IMG/VR virus record: IMGVR_UViG_2744054912_000007
Reading direction: 5' to 3' (one strand)
Length of the DNA: 55,613 bases
DNA from: a virus
Taxonomy: Duplodnaviria; Heunggongvirae; Uroviricota; Caudoviricetes
How positions within the stretch are numbered: the stretch's first letter is position 1; every line of letters starts with the position of its first letter. The notes under the pieces were generated by a model. That model did no database searches. It saw only the letters and a program-made list of their open reading frames with translations, and had not been told where the DNA came from. The translations under genes were made by a program, and so were the position numbers. Positions 31,693 to 40,670 of the stretch are shown here, in pieces.

Positions 31693-32221
31693 ACAGCGAA
31701 TCAGATCAAATAAAACGCACATTTGTTAACATTTACACAAAGTCTGCGTGGGATATTCTGAAAGAATATCCATAATGTGGAGAGAATCTATTGAAGTGCA
31801 TGGTGCCGGGTGCCTCCCGGTGAACAAAATGTTCGTGATACCTGTCGGCGACAGAAAAGGTTAATGGTATCACCCCACCGCACAGGGGGATTCACCATGC
31901 AGGAGTTTTCTTAGCAAACTCACTGCGCGCCCGGCAACTCCCAACCACATAAAATGCGGAGTTTGTGGTATTTATGCATATAACTCGCAGGAATTATCTT
32001 AAAAAACTGATGTCGATCCGGATTAAAAAGAAGCAGGTCATCATCAGATGACTGGAAAAAAGGAAAACAAAAAATACTCATCATACAGTTTTGATTGCAG
32101 GGATGAGCCTGCTATGCACAATATGCAGAATATAAGCAAGATAAAAATATGCAGGCATATTATTTCGGATTTTGTTATTAACACAACCTTTTTAATAATC
32201 ATTTGGCATACAATAAACCAG

Positions 32222-32250
32222 CCCAAAAAGAACCGCCTAAACAGGCGGTT
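32222..32250 (-). terminator. Intrinsic terminator in the Q-to-lysis leader
   Basis: Perfect palindrome AACCGCC-taaaca-GGCGGTT followed on the minus strand by CTTTTTG. Confidence 0.5.
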
Positions 32251-32570
32251 GGTCAATACAAAGGATGCTTCGTCTTTATTATAGTAATCTGAGGCGTCGG
32301 GTGTCTTGTATCAGACAACATATTGTCCCGCTAAACAGCGAATTACAAACCACCCTGCAATGATCTCTCATCTCATTTTATATGAGTTGACGACATCAGG
32401 ATAACGCATCATCAGCCCCTGCCAAGAAATATCAAAACTCCCGCCAGCAATGTGTTATCACAATATTGTAAAAAAAACACAGCACCGAAACTATAACTGG
32501 TCTCTGTTATAATTTGGAGCAGAAAGACCAGTTGCCCAACTAGCAGCATTCTCCCCTGCTTTCCTGACGT

Positions 32571-32597
32571 AAAAAAACCGCATTAAGCGGTTTTTTT
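32571..32597 (-). terminator. Bidirectional hairpin about 90 nt downstream of Q (candidate tR'-like terminator)
   Basis: AAAAAAACCGC-attaa-GCGGTTTTTTT; position is analogous to lambda tR', where Q antitermination acts. Confidence 0.5.
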
Positions 32598-32677
32598 ACG
32601 ATGTCCATGTCTGCAATCCGCCTCGCGATACAGCTTTGCGAAGCATAGCAAAATTGAAGCAGTTTATACGTAAGAAA

Positions 32678-33220
32678 TCAAGCCATTTTCTCAGCAAATG
32701 ATTCACGCATGGGAATATATAGGGCATACTCAGCAACAGCTAACCAATTAGCAATCCGTTTTTCGCATGTGCTAAAACACCACTCTGGGTGTGCATCATT
32801 TAGCAATTCAGCCATTTTGCGCTTAGTCATCCCCCGCCCTTCATAGCGTTGCCGGAGAATGCAAATCAATCCTGGATGCTCTGCCAGCACCTCACTTATG
32901 ACTCGATCAATACATAACGCCTCTGCATCAGTACAATGCGCCAGCCAGCTCTTTTGCTTGCCGTTGATCATCTCTCGCAAAAACGCTTCCAGCTCAGCTT
33001 TCTCTATTCCCGCTTTTTTCATTCTGCGCAGGGCTTCATTAATGGCTGTTTTCGTCAGTTTTTTGGATGCCAACAACTGATTGAACATATTCCCTGACCT
33101 GCCACCGCCAATATACGACCAGCGCCCCCACATACGTAGTTTTCCCTGAATCCAGACACTTTCCAGCGTGGTGAGGCGAAGGTGTTCTCCGCTTTTTCCT
33201 GTATTCGTTGGGTAAATCAT
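32678..33220 (-). CDS. Putative late-gene antitermination protein Q
   Basis: Synteny only: the gene directly follows the nin-like genes and precedes the late leader and lysis genes. The family was not verified. Confidence 0.55.
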   Translation of the reverse strand: MIYPTNTGKSGEHLRLTTLESVWIQGKLRMWGRWSYIGGGRSGNMFNQLLASKKLTKTAINEALRRMKKAGIEKAELEAFLREMINGKQKSWLAHCTDAEALCIDRVISEVLAEHPGLICILRQRYEGRGMTKRKMAELLNDAHPEWCFSTCEKRIANWLAVAEYALYIPMRESFAEKMA

Positions 33221-33507
33221 AAATGACCTTTCTTTCTCCAGATTTCTTGTGTGCGAAAAACCCCTTCAGCATGCATCAGGCGCAATTCTTCTTTGGTGTA
33301 ATCGCTGGTTTTTACCCGCCCGTCGATTAGATCGTGGCATGAGCTACAGGCTATCGCCGCCTGCATATCGTGTGGTTTTGTCGCTGTTCCGCACGTCCCC
33401 GCCAGCCTGTAATGCGCCAGCACAGAGGTTTCGGGATTGTGATTGCAGTAGCCAGGGATTCTGATCTGGCACATCTGGCCTTTAGCCGCTTTACGTAAAT
33501 TCACCAT
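33217..33507 (-). CDS. YbcO-like DUF1364 protein (Cys-rich, putative nuclease), 96 aa
   Basis: Pattern RKAAKGQMCQIRIPGYCN...PETSVLAHYRLAGTCGT...ACSSCHD matches my recollection of DLP12 YbcO; nin-region position. Confidence 0.65.
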   Translation of the reverse strand: MVNLRKAAKGQMCQIRIPGYCNHNPETSVLAHYRLAGTCGTATKPHDMQAAIACSSCHDLIDGRVKTSDYTKEELRLMHAEGVFRTQEIWRKKGHL

Positions 33508-34106
33508 TACGCAAACTCCAGTAGTTGTGCGGCCACATTTTCAACTTCCTCCTGAGAGGAGAATTTACGGAACAGAATCCAGTTCCACAGCACATTCAGT
33601 ACAGATTTATAAACCTGCTGAAACTCGACTTCGTCCACATTCGCAAAAGCGATGGATTTTGCCCGACGCCCACGGCTACCGTCCGGATAAATATGCTCGG
33701 TGTAAAATCCGGCCTGAATGGTTACCCACTCGCGGAAAGCCTCAAACGACTTTAGCAACGCCGTATCCCGGGTTCTACGAGTCGCAACGGTGTTAAGGTA
33801 TTGCTCTGCGGCATCACTCAGGGCTGGCGTGTGTTCCCGACCAACTGATTCGCACAGGTAATCAACGAAACCAGACAGCAGTTCTCGTTCGCGAGGCGTG
33901 ATCGCCCCACCGACCGGAGTCCAGTAATCGAATCCCAGTTGCAGGAGTTTGAAAAAACGCTTGTGGAATGCGTAGTTACGCACACGCTTAAAGTCTGCGT
34001 GTATCCACTCACCTATTTTGATTTGATGCAGAAAATCGCAACTCTCCGGCGTCGCCGGGAGAAGTAAACCAGAAGAAGTTTGTTTGACCAGTTGTATATG
34101 CGCCAT
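33507..34106 (-). CDS. Nin-region protein, YbcN/DUF1367-like (199 aa)
   Basis: Translationally coupled upstream of the YbcO-like gene, in the same order as DLP12 ybcN-ybcO. Confidence 0.5.
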   Translation of the reverse strand: MAHIQLVKQTSSGLLLPATPESCDFLHQIKIGEWIHADFKRVRNYAFHKRFFKLLQLGFDYWTPVGGAITPRERELLSGFVDYLCESVGREHTPALSDAAEQYLNTVATRRTRDTALLKSFEAFREWVTIQAGFYTEHIYPDGSRGRRAKSIAFANVDEVEFQQVYKSVLNVLWNWILFRKFSSQEEVENVAAQLLEFA

Positions 34107-34379
34107 TTCTCAATCTCTCGATGGCGCAGTGCAGCAGATGCCAGTTGTTCAGGCTGACGTATAAAGTATAAATAAACTGGTTCCAGTGTAAAGCCCCCAC
34201 CTTAATGGAATAAAAACCAAACAACAGATTGCTGGGATACAAACAACGCTTATTATTAAAAGCGGTTAAACAAATTAAATTTTAATGTTATGCAAATTTG
34301 TCAGATCACCATAATATCTCATTTGAAAACCGCTGAAATAACAATCCTATCAGGATTAATCATATTAAGGTGAGTAAAT

Positions 34380-34466
34380 ATGGAAAACAACAAATCTGCA
34401 CATTACGCTCCTTTTTTATCTGTAATACTTTTTGTTTTTTGCTGTGTATGGGCATTATTTTTATAA
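34380..34466 (+). CDS. Candidate small hydrophobic protein (28 aa, MENNKSAHYAPFLSVILFVFCCVWALFL)
   Basis: Hand-translated ORF with an AAGGTGA SD 6 nt upstream; single predicted TM helix; lies in an AT-rich intergenic region antisense to its neighbours. Confidence 0.25.
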   Translation: MENNKSAHYAPFLSVILFVFCCVWALFL

Positions 34467-34574
34467 AAATATTCACAGATAAAATAAACTCGCCGAATCA
34501 GGTTAAGTGTGGGTGCGTTGAGGATGCCTGACACATCAGAGGCGGCGAGGGATTTCTCCCTCGCCTAGTCACTC

Positions 34575-34730
34575 TTACTCCTCAGGTTCGTAAGCTGTGA
34601 AGACAGCGACCTCCGTCTGACCGGTTCGGATTCGCACCTCGCAGAGGTCTTTCCTCGTTACCAGTGCCGTCACTATGACGGTTAAACAGATGACAATCAG
34701 TGCGACTAACATCGCCTTTTGCTGCTTCAT
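34575..34730 (-). CDS. hokD: Hok-family type I toxin HokD/RelF (51 aa)
   Basis: Hand translation gives MKQQKAMLVALIVICLTVIVTALVTRKDLCEVRIRTGQTEVAVFTAYEPEE, the Hok/Gef family signature; directly downstream of relE. Missing from the ORF track because it is under 60 aa. Confidence 0.9.
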   Translation of the reverse strand: MKQQKAMLVALIVICLTVIVTALVTRKDLCEVRIRTGQTEVAVFTAYEPEE

Positions 34731-34801
34731 AGCCTGCTTCTCCTGTCAACGCAAAGCAGAAGTGTCACCTTCGGTGCGAAACAGAGATGTCATGCTTTGG
34801 T

Positions 34802-35089
34802 TCAGAGAATGCGTTTGACCGCCTCGCTATATACTTCCGAGCGTTCTCTTTTCCCAACAGAAATCACGAAAACGACAACTTTCTCGTCTATAACCTGGTA
34901 TACAAGGCGATAGCCTGAAGACCGGAGCTTAATCTTGTAACAATCAGGCATACCACGGAGCTTGTTTGCTTCAATCCGGGGTGACTCAAGTACTTCAACC
35001 AGCTTCTTTTTCAACTGTTCACGTACCGTCGAGCCCAGCTTTCGCCATTCCTTTAGTGCCCGCTCGTCAAAATCCAGAAAATACGCCAT
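34802..35089 (-). CDS. relE: Type II toxin RelE (mRNA interferase), 95 aa
   Basis: Sequence MAYFLDFDERALKEWRKL...YRLVYQVIDEKVVVFVISVGKRERSEVY is the RelE signature; start/stop overlap with relB. Confidence 0.9.
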   Translation of the reverse strand: MAYFLDFDERALKEWRKLGSTVREQLKKKLVEVLESPRIEANKLRGMPDCYKIKLRSSGYRLVYQVIDEKVVVFVISVGKRERSEVYSEAVKRIL

Positions 35090-35328
35090 CAGAGTTCATC
35101 CAGCGTCACACGTACTGGCTTAGGATTACGAAGCCGTTCTTTCACTATCTCCACAAGTTCAGCATCTTCATCACTCAGGAGTGTCTGTTTGAACGGCAAG
35201 CGTTCATTGTCAGCGATATACTCGAGCATGAGACGAAGCGCTTCAGAAGGAGTTACACCCATTTTTTCAAGCGCGGCGTAAGAACGCGCTTTAAGTTCAT
35301 CGTCAATACGCAGGTTAATGCTACCCAT
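35089..35328 (-). CDS. relB: Type II antitoxin RelB (79 aa)
   Basis: RHH-type N-terminus (MGSINLRIDDELKARSYAALEKMGVTPSEALR); directly upstream of and overlapping relE. Confidence 0.9.
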   Translation of the reverse strand: MGSINLRIDDELKARSYAALEKMGVTPSEALRLMLEYIADNERLPFKQTLLSDEDAELVEIVKERLRNPKPVRVTLDEL

Positions 35329-35339
35329 GTCTTACACCT

Positions 35340-35365
35340 CTTGTAATTACAAATGTCATTACAAG
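35340..35365 (-). promoter_or_regulatory. relO operator (RelB/RelE binding inverted repeats) at the relB promoter
   Basis: Minus-strand CTTGTAATGACATTTGTAATTACAAG, adjacent TTGTAAT/ATTACAA inverted repeats starting 12 nt upstream of the relB start codon. Confidence 0.7.
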
Positions 35366-35810
35366 TATCGCACTACAACATGCTTAGGGCAAGTCACGAA
35401 GGAAGTCAGAAAGTAGTCGTAAGAACGGTGATCACTGTCCGCTTTGTGCCAGGAGCAGCCATTGCTAAGTCCATCCTGTATTGTGCAGGTCAGCTCATTT
35501 TTAAAGAGTCCGGCCATCATCTTACTGGTACAGACACCATATACTTTGTGACGGTCAGGCTACATATGCACAACTCAACTTATTCATCTATTTTTTGCTT
35601 TAGCATGTCAGTGTTGCTTTCTCGTCGGCGGGTGAGCGGTGACCTGACCTGTCGATAAAGGAACGTAGCACGTTTTATGCAACACCCGCATGCGGCAGAA
35701 AATTATTGCCGAACGTTTACCCCTGTCAACAAGCTTTACTTTCTGAGGCGCGCCAGCCCGCTAGGAAAACAATCTGAACATCAAACAATTAATGACACAA
35801 GAAATACGAT

Positions 35811-35837
35811 TAAAGATTTTTTTGTGCATGCCGATAG
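35811..35837 (+). promoter_or_regulatory. Sigma-28 (FliA) class 3 flagellar promoter of flxA
   Basis: TAAAGATT, an 11-nt spacer, then GCCGATAG matches the sigma-28 consensus TAAAGTTT-N11-GCCGATAA; followed by an AAGGAG SD and the flxA ATG at 35861. Confidence 0.75.
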
Positions 35838-35860
35838 TGCTTTTTTAAAAGGAGAAATCT

Positions 35861-36193
35861 ATGTCTGTCACAATTCAGGGAAATACCTCAACCGTTATTT
35901 CAAACAACTCCGCCCCGGAAGGAACATCAGAAATAGCCAAAATCACAAGACAAATTCAGGTGCTGACTGAAAAGCTTGGGAAAATCTCATCGGAAGAGGG
36001 GATGACGACACAGCAGAAAAAAGAAATGGCTGCATTGGTACAGAAGCAAATTGAAAGCCTCAGGGCTCAACTGGAGCAGTTGTTAAGGCAGCAGGCAGAG
36101 AAAAAGAATGAAGACGCGACAGTTCAGCCTGATAAAAAAGAAGAGAAAAAAGACGATACAAATACCGCTGGCACCATTGATATTTACGTCTAA
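35861..36193 (+). CDS. flxA: FlxA (FliA-regulated prophage protein), 110 aa
   Basis: Sequence MSVTIQGNTSTVISNNSAPEG... with a coiled-coil centre matches recalled FlxA; preceded by a sigma-28 promoter. Confidence 0.85.
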   Translation: MSVTIQGNTSTVISNNSAPEGTSEIAKITRQIQVLTEKLGKISSEEGMTTQQKKEMAALVQKQIESLRAQLEQLLRQQAEKKNEDATVQPDKKEEKKDDTNTAGTIDIYV

Positions 36194-36207
36194 GTGACAG
36201 CCGTATT

Positions 36208-36230
36208 GTGGCCCTCATCGGGCCACTTTT
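36208..36230 (+). terminator. Intrinsic terminator of flxA
   Basis: GTGGCCC-tcatc-GGGCCAC hairpin followed by TTTT, 15 nt after the flxA stop. Confidence 0.7.
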
Positions 36231-36599
36231 CGCCATCAGCCTTTTCTTTAAAGACATATTATCTTTGTATCATTTCTGATAGTTAACATTACAAGATATA
36301 AGTAATGGACGCACTCCCAATTAGTCTATTTAAATCGCCACGAGTTTAACTGACAACCCATGATCAATTATGAATTGCAACTATTTCTGTAGTCACTTTT
36401 GTGGGGACAGTCCACAAAACTGCCAACTTCCGCTTCTTGCTCTTAGCGGACATTAGCATAGGCTATTTACCATAACGCCTCATTACGCGCACCGCCCAGA
36501 CTGACTCAGCGCGTTTCTGGCATATCCCCAGTAAAACAAGTAACAAACCACCCGAAAATGAACACCAGAAACGCGACTTAAGAATCTACCCTATGAATG

Positions 36600-38010
36600 G
36601 ATATGCACTCAACCGAATCGATCTTGGTTTCAATCTTTTTTATCGGGATCAGGCTTCTTTTTAGGTAACTTCGGGGGCTTAACTTGCTGATGACTTTGCG
36701 TTCGGCGCGTAAGCCAGGGATGGTCAGCTTTAGGTTTAACATAGTATTTTGAGCGTAAATCAATACGGGCATTATCCACTCGTTCATGGACACTCTTTTC
36801 ATCATCCAGTGGTATAGGCTCCGGGCCATCAACATACTTTTCCCAGCCCAGCGCTTTCCCGTCATACAGAACGTTAATTTCACCGTCAAAGTTCTCGCAT
36901 ACAGTAACAACCGAATGCCTAAGTCGATATCCCCGGCTCTCACTGCGTACCTGAAACGCACTGCTTTTGTACTGGAAAGTGAGATTTTTAGACAGAACGC
37001 GCTTCGCCTGTAGGCTGAAGATATAACCCAGTTCCTCTTCAGAATGGTGCACATCAAGATGAGCATTATCAGTAGTACGAGGCGACGTAGCGAACCGGTT
37101 GTTATAGGCTTCAATAAAGGTCGGCAACCATGCATTTGCTGTTTCAATATCACTGATATTCTGAAGCCGCATTTCTTTGACCAGCCTGTCCTGTAGTGTC
37201 TGATTGGCGCGCTCTACCCGCCCTTTTGCCTGCGGGCTGTTGGCATGGATTGGCTCGATGCCCAGTGTCTTTATCGCACGAGTGAACTGGGTCAGCTCAC
37301 CTTCCCGCTCTGGGTTATTTACCCTGAATATACTGTGTCTATCAGAGTAGAGAGCGAGCGGTACGCCATGATCATTAAGGTAACCCCGGAGGGTTTCCAT
37401 GTAAGCCCGGGTTGTTTCAGCAGGCACAAAACGCAACGCCATCAACGCACTGGTGGCATCATCAATGAAAACGATCAGTGTACATCTGGGGCCTCGATTT
37501 TCAAACCAGTCATGAGGTGAGCCATCAATCTGGATCAGTTCACCGTAAGATGGTCGTCGCATGCGGCGTTGATATATACGGGCAATTTTACGACGGCGTT
37601 CACGCCATAACCCCTCTTCTATCATCCACTTTCTGAGAGTTTCAACGGATAAAGATAAACCGTGTATCTCGCGCAATTTTTCGCACGCAAACGTAGGTCC
37701 AAAATCAGCGTAACGGCCTTTGAGGAGTGAAATTACTGTTGCTCTGAATTCAGTAGAAAAGGAATTATTAGGACGCTTTCCACGTCGGTGGGAAACCAGA
37801 CCAGAAGGCCCTTCATTTCTATACCGTTGCACCAGACGTTTAACCTGCCGAATAGAAATGCCAATGCGTGCCGCAGCTTGTTCCTGAGTAATATGTCGAT
37901 TAATTGACTCCTGAATAATCTGAAGTCGGTGGAGTTCCTTATGACTCATCGTAACAGTCTCTTTGATCATGAAAAATCCCCCAGAGAATTGTCTGGGGAC
38001 ATTTTAGAAT
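36600..38010 (-). mobile_element. Insertion sequence (boundaries approximate)
   Basis: Single transposase ORF with a terminator-like hairpin (CCCCAGA-gaattg-TCTGGGG) just upstream of its start. Terminal inverted repeats could not be identified by eye, so the ends are uncertain. Confidence 0.35.
36630..37970 (-). CDS. DDE (rve-type) transposase with N-terminal HTH, ISNCY/IS481-like (446 aa)
   Basis: HTH (QEQAAARIGISIRQVKRL) and a DDE triad context (LIQIDGS ... YSDRHSIF ... KGRVERANQTL). Confidence 0.8.
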   Translation of the reverse strand: MIKETVTMSHKELHRLQIIQESINRHITQEQAAARIGISIRQVKRLVQRYRNEGPSGLVSHRRGKRPNNSFSTEFRATVISLLKGRYADFGPTFACEKLREIHGLSLSVETLRKWMIEEGLWRERRRKIARIYQRRMRRPSYGELIQIDGSPHDWFENRGPRCTLIVFIDDATSALMALRFVPAETTRAYMETLRGYLNDHGVPLALYSDRHSIFRVNNPEREGELTQFTRAIKTLGIEPIHANSPQAKGRVERANQTLQDRLVKEMRLQNISDIETANAWLPTFIEAYNNRFATSPRTTDNAHLDVHHSEEELGYIFSLQAKRVLSKNLTFQYKSSAFQVRSESRGYRLRHSVVTVCENFDGEINVLYDGKALGWEKYVDGPEPIPLDDEKSVHERVDNARIDLRSKYYVKPKADHPWLTRRTQSHQQVKPPKLPKKKPDPDKKD

Positions 38011-38766
38011 GGTTCAAAGGGGACATTACAGCTTGGTGTTAACAATAGCCTGCTTCTCCTTGCCTTCCGGCGCGTAAGAGGCTAACCTACATGTGCAAAG
38101 CATGAAATTGGCCTCAGATTAATGTTAAGCGTCTTGCCGGACGCGTAATGTTATCTGGGGCTTTTCTCTATCTGCCTTTGGTGTTCATGCCTGAGGCAGA
38201 TAGCCTCAAGCACCCGCAGCAATTCTACTTAACTCCCGTCACCTCGCCAATATAAAATCAATCAGAAAGGCGATCCATAAGAACAACAGCAAGACAATAA
38301 ATTGCCATTACAGCCGCAATAGCTAGCGCACATTTGAGAACCAGCACGACAACCTCCTGTATTGGACGTACACCAGTTCTGATAAATATGAGGCTGTCTC
38401 ATCATTGATTCAATATAACTATTGGGTATAGTTTCTGTGATTTTGTTCTGTAGAAATGGAACACAACAACCAGTCACCACCAGCACTTCTTTAAATACGC
38501 CAAGTCCGACGCAAGCTAACCTTCTAGTCCGCTTTGAGCGAGGAGCGGACCAAACCCGGCCAACTGACTCTTAAAGGGGCCGCAGGAATTTTTCGTCTGA
38601 ACTTTCGAAGCTCCTCTCCCTGAAGACAGAAAACTTCTGTGTGCTGTGGGAATATTGAATCTTTGCCTTAGATATAAATAATTTTATCCCGCCTGAAGTT
38701 TACATTATTTTATTTATCTGTTTTTCTAAATCAGACTGCACTCCTTACTTAAATCAGGAGCCAGTC

Positions 38767-39966
38767 ATGCCATTTGTTATTTATGTGTTTACTATCAGTG
38801 CCTTTGCGCTCGGACTCGCGGAATTTGTCCCCATTGGGCTGACAGACGTTATGGCTCAGGGGTTGTGTGTGGGTGTGGAGCAGACCGGGGCAGCGGTTAC
38901 AACCTATGCACTGGGGGCAACGTTCGCGGCACCCGTACTGTCTGCGCTGACAGCAAGCTGGAGCCGGAAAAATGTAATGCTTACAACTGCCGTTGTGTTT
39001 ACTGCCGGTAGTCTGGCGGCCGCGTTTGCAGCCACATTACCTCAGCTCCTGTTAGCGCGGTTCATTGCTGGTCTGGGACACGGCCTGTTTCTGGCTGCGG
39101 CATCCAGTACCGCAGCTCGTCTTGCTGGACCGGGTAAAGCAGGCAGAGCGGTGGCTGTGGTATTTGGTGGCTTTACTCTGGCGATGGCAATCGGCGTACC
39201 GCTGAGTACATGGTTGGGGGGGGTGGTCTCATGGCGTCCAGTTCTCGGCGCTATTGCCGCTTTTGGCGCGTTCGGATTCCTTGGACTGTTGTTCGGTATG
39301 AAAGATCCCGTACGCAGCGTGCCCGGTGAACATAGTGACTCAGCAATGCAGAATATCGGCATGCTGTTTAACCGTAAGTTGCTGGCCGGCGCGCTGGTTA
39401 CGGTGCTGGCGTATGCAGGCTCGTTTACGGATTACACCTTTATCGCACCTATTCTGACGCAGGTGACAGGGGTTACCGGAGCAACGGTGAGTCTGTTTAT
39501 GCTGGTTTACGGTATTACAGCTGCGGTAGGTAATATTCTTGGTGGGAAACTTACCGACAGCATGGGGGTTAATCGTGCCAATATACTCATCATTAGCGGC
39601 ATTGTTGTTGTCGTGCTTGGTATGTGGCTGCTGTCATCCTCACCGGTGAGCATGGGCATTCTGGTTGCGCTGCTGGGTATGGTGACATTTGCCGCAGTGC
39701 CGGCACTGCAGGCCCGTCTGATTGGTGTCGCTGAGCAACATGCTCCTCATGCGCATGGTGTTGCTGCCGGCCTGAATATTGCGGGCTTCAACTCAGGTAT
39801 AGCGCTGGGATCAGTACTGGGCAGCATTACTATAAGCCACGCCGGTATCGTGTATACCGGTATCAGCGGTGCGATTGTTTCTCTGCTCGGCCTGCTGTTG
39901 CTGCTTGCACAAATCCGTCGCAGCCACAGTCGTAAATTTCAACAGGTTAAAATCGTAGGCCAGTAA
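38767..39966 (+). CDS. MFS transporter (12-TM, 399 aa)
   Basis: Multiple hydrophobic helices and Gly-rich MFS-type motifs; first gene of the co-directional MFS-ChaC-LysR block. Confidence 0.8.
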   Translation: MPFVIYVFTISAFALGLAEFVPIGLTDVMAQGLCVGVEQTGAAVTTYALGATFAAPVLSALTASWSRKNVMLTTAVVFTAGSLAAAFAATLPQLLLARFIAGLGHGLFLAAASSTAARLAGPGKAGRAVAVVFGGFTLAMAIGVPLSTWLGGVVSWRPVLGAIAAFGAFGFLGLLFGMKDPVRSVPGEHSDSAMQNIGMLFNRKLLAGALVTVLAYAGSFTDYTFIAPILTQVTGVTGATVSLFMLVYGITAAVGNILGGKLTDSMGVNRANILIISGIVVVVLGMWLLSSSPVSMGILVALLGMVTFAAVPALQARLIGVAEQHAPHAHGVAAGLNIAGFNSGIALGSVLGSITISHAGIVYTGISGAIVSLLGLLLLLAQIRRSHSRKFQQVKIVGQ

Positions 39967-39977
39967 AGGGAGGTTAT

Positions 39978-40670
39978 ATGCTTACCCGTGAAAATATGCT
40001 TAATGGCACATTTGTCAGGGTGCATGAAGCGCTGCTCCCGGCGAATATGCTCTGGGACGCTGAAAAAATACGCGCATCAATGAACTCTACTCTGGAGGAG
40101 CGCCCGACGGGTGCTCCTGTCTGGATATTTGCCTACGGGTCATTGATGTGGAATCCCGTGCTGGCGATTGAAGAAATGCAACGGGCCCGTCTGAAAGGAT
40201 GGCAGCGCAGTTTCTGCATTCGTTTGATATCCGGACGAGCGACTCCTGATGTCCCCGGCAGGATGTTATCGCTCGACGAAGGTGGAATTACCGAAGGTAT
40301 TGCGTTCAGACTGCCGGAATCGACTCTTATTAATGAGCTGGAAATTGTCTGGACGCGCGAGATGATAACCGGTCTTTACCGTCCGGTCTGGGCAGACGTT
40401 TCGCTAGGAAACGGTGAGGAAATTCAGGCGCTGGCTTTCGTATCAGACAGACTGCATCCGCATTATGAACAGGACAATCTTACAGCGACCGTAGCGTTGA
40501 GCATCGCATCTGCCCGTGGAGACATTGGCACGAATGCAGATTATGTATGGAAACTGCAGGCCACTCTGGGTGCGTTGGGAATACGGGATGATTACGTGAG
40601 TGAACTGGCCCTTGCTCTGCATGAGGCTCCCTGTAACGATAAACTTCATCAGCGAGGTGCTTCACTATGA
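39978..40670 (+). CDS. ChaC-like gamma-glutamylcyclotransferase (230 aa)
   Basis: VWIFAYGSLMWNP motif and overall resemblance to E. coli ChaC as recalled. Confidence 0.75.
   Translation: MLTRENMLNGTFVRVHEALLPANMLWDAEKIRASMNSTLEERPTGAPVWIFAYGSLMWNPVLAIEEMQRARLKGWQRSFCIRLISGRATPDVPGRMLSLDEGGITEGIAFRLPESTLINELEIVWTREMITGLYRPVWADVSLGNGEEIQALAFVSDRLHPHYEQDNLTATVALSIASARGDIGTNADYVWKLQATLGALGIRDDYVSELALALHEAPCNDKLHQRGASL

Noticed and set aside
32044-32284. Two overlapping 70-78 aa ORFs in the AT-rich Q-to-lysis leader
   Set aside because: Low-complexity Ile/Phe/Leu/Lys-rich products with no SD in AT-rich non-coding DNA; the region is better explained as promoter and terminator leader.
31634-32677. 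Possible tRNA genes between Q and the lysis cassette, as in Stx phages
   Set aside because: I looked for T-loop-like GGTTCGAATCC / GGATTCGAACC signatures and acceptor-stem structure and found none.
35353-35658. 101-aa ORF on the + strand between relB and flxA
   Set aside because: It overlaps the relB promoter/operator region and has no SD and non-protein-like composition. It may correspond to a historically annotated hypothetical ORF, but it is not supported here.
36578-37153. 191-aa ORF overlapping the 3' half of the transposase gene
   Set aside because: Alternate-frame ORF inside the transposase coding region with no independent support.
36194-38300. Terminal inverted repeats and target-site duplication of the IS
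   Set aside because: Only direct-orientation motifs (GGGGACA; ACATTACA(A)G at about 36283 and 38024) were seen. No convincing inverted repeats were found, so the IS ends are left approximate.
38262-38486. 74-aa Cys-rich ORF between the IS and the MFS gene
   Set aside because: Implausible composition (Cys/Gly runs), no RBS; probably non-coding spacer or a degraded remnant.
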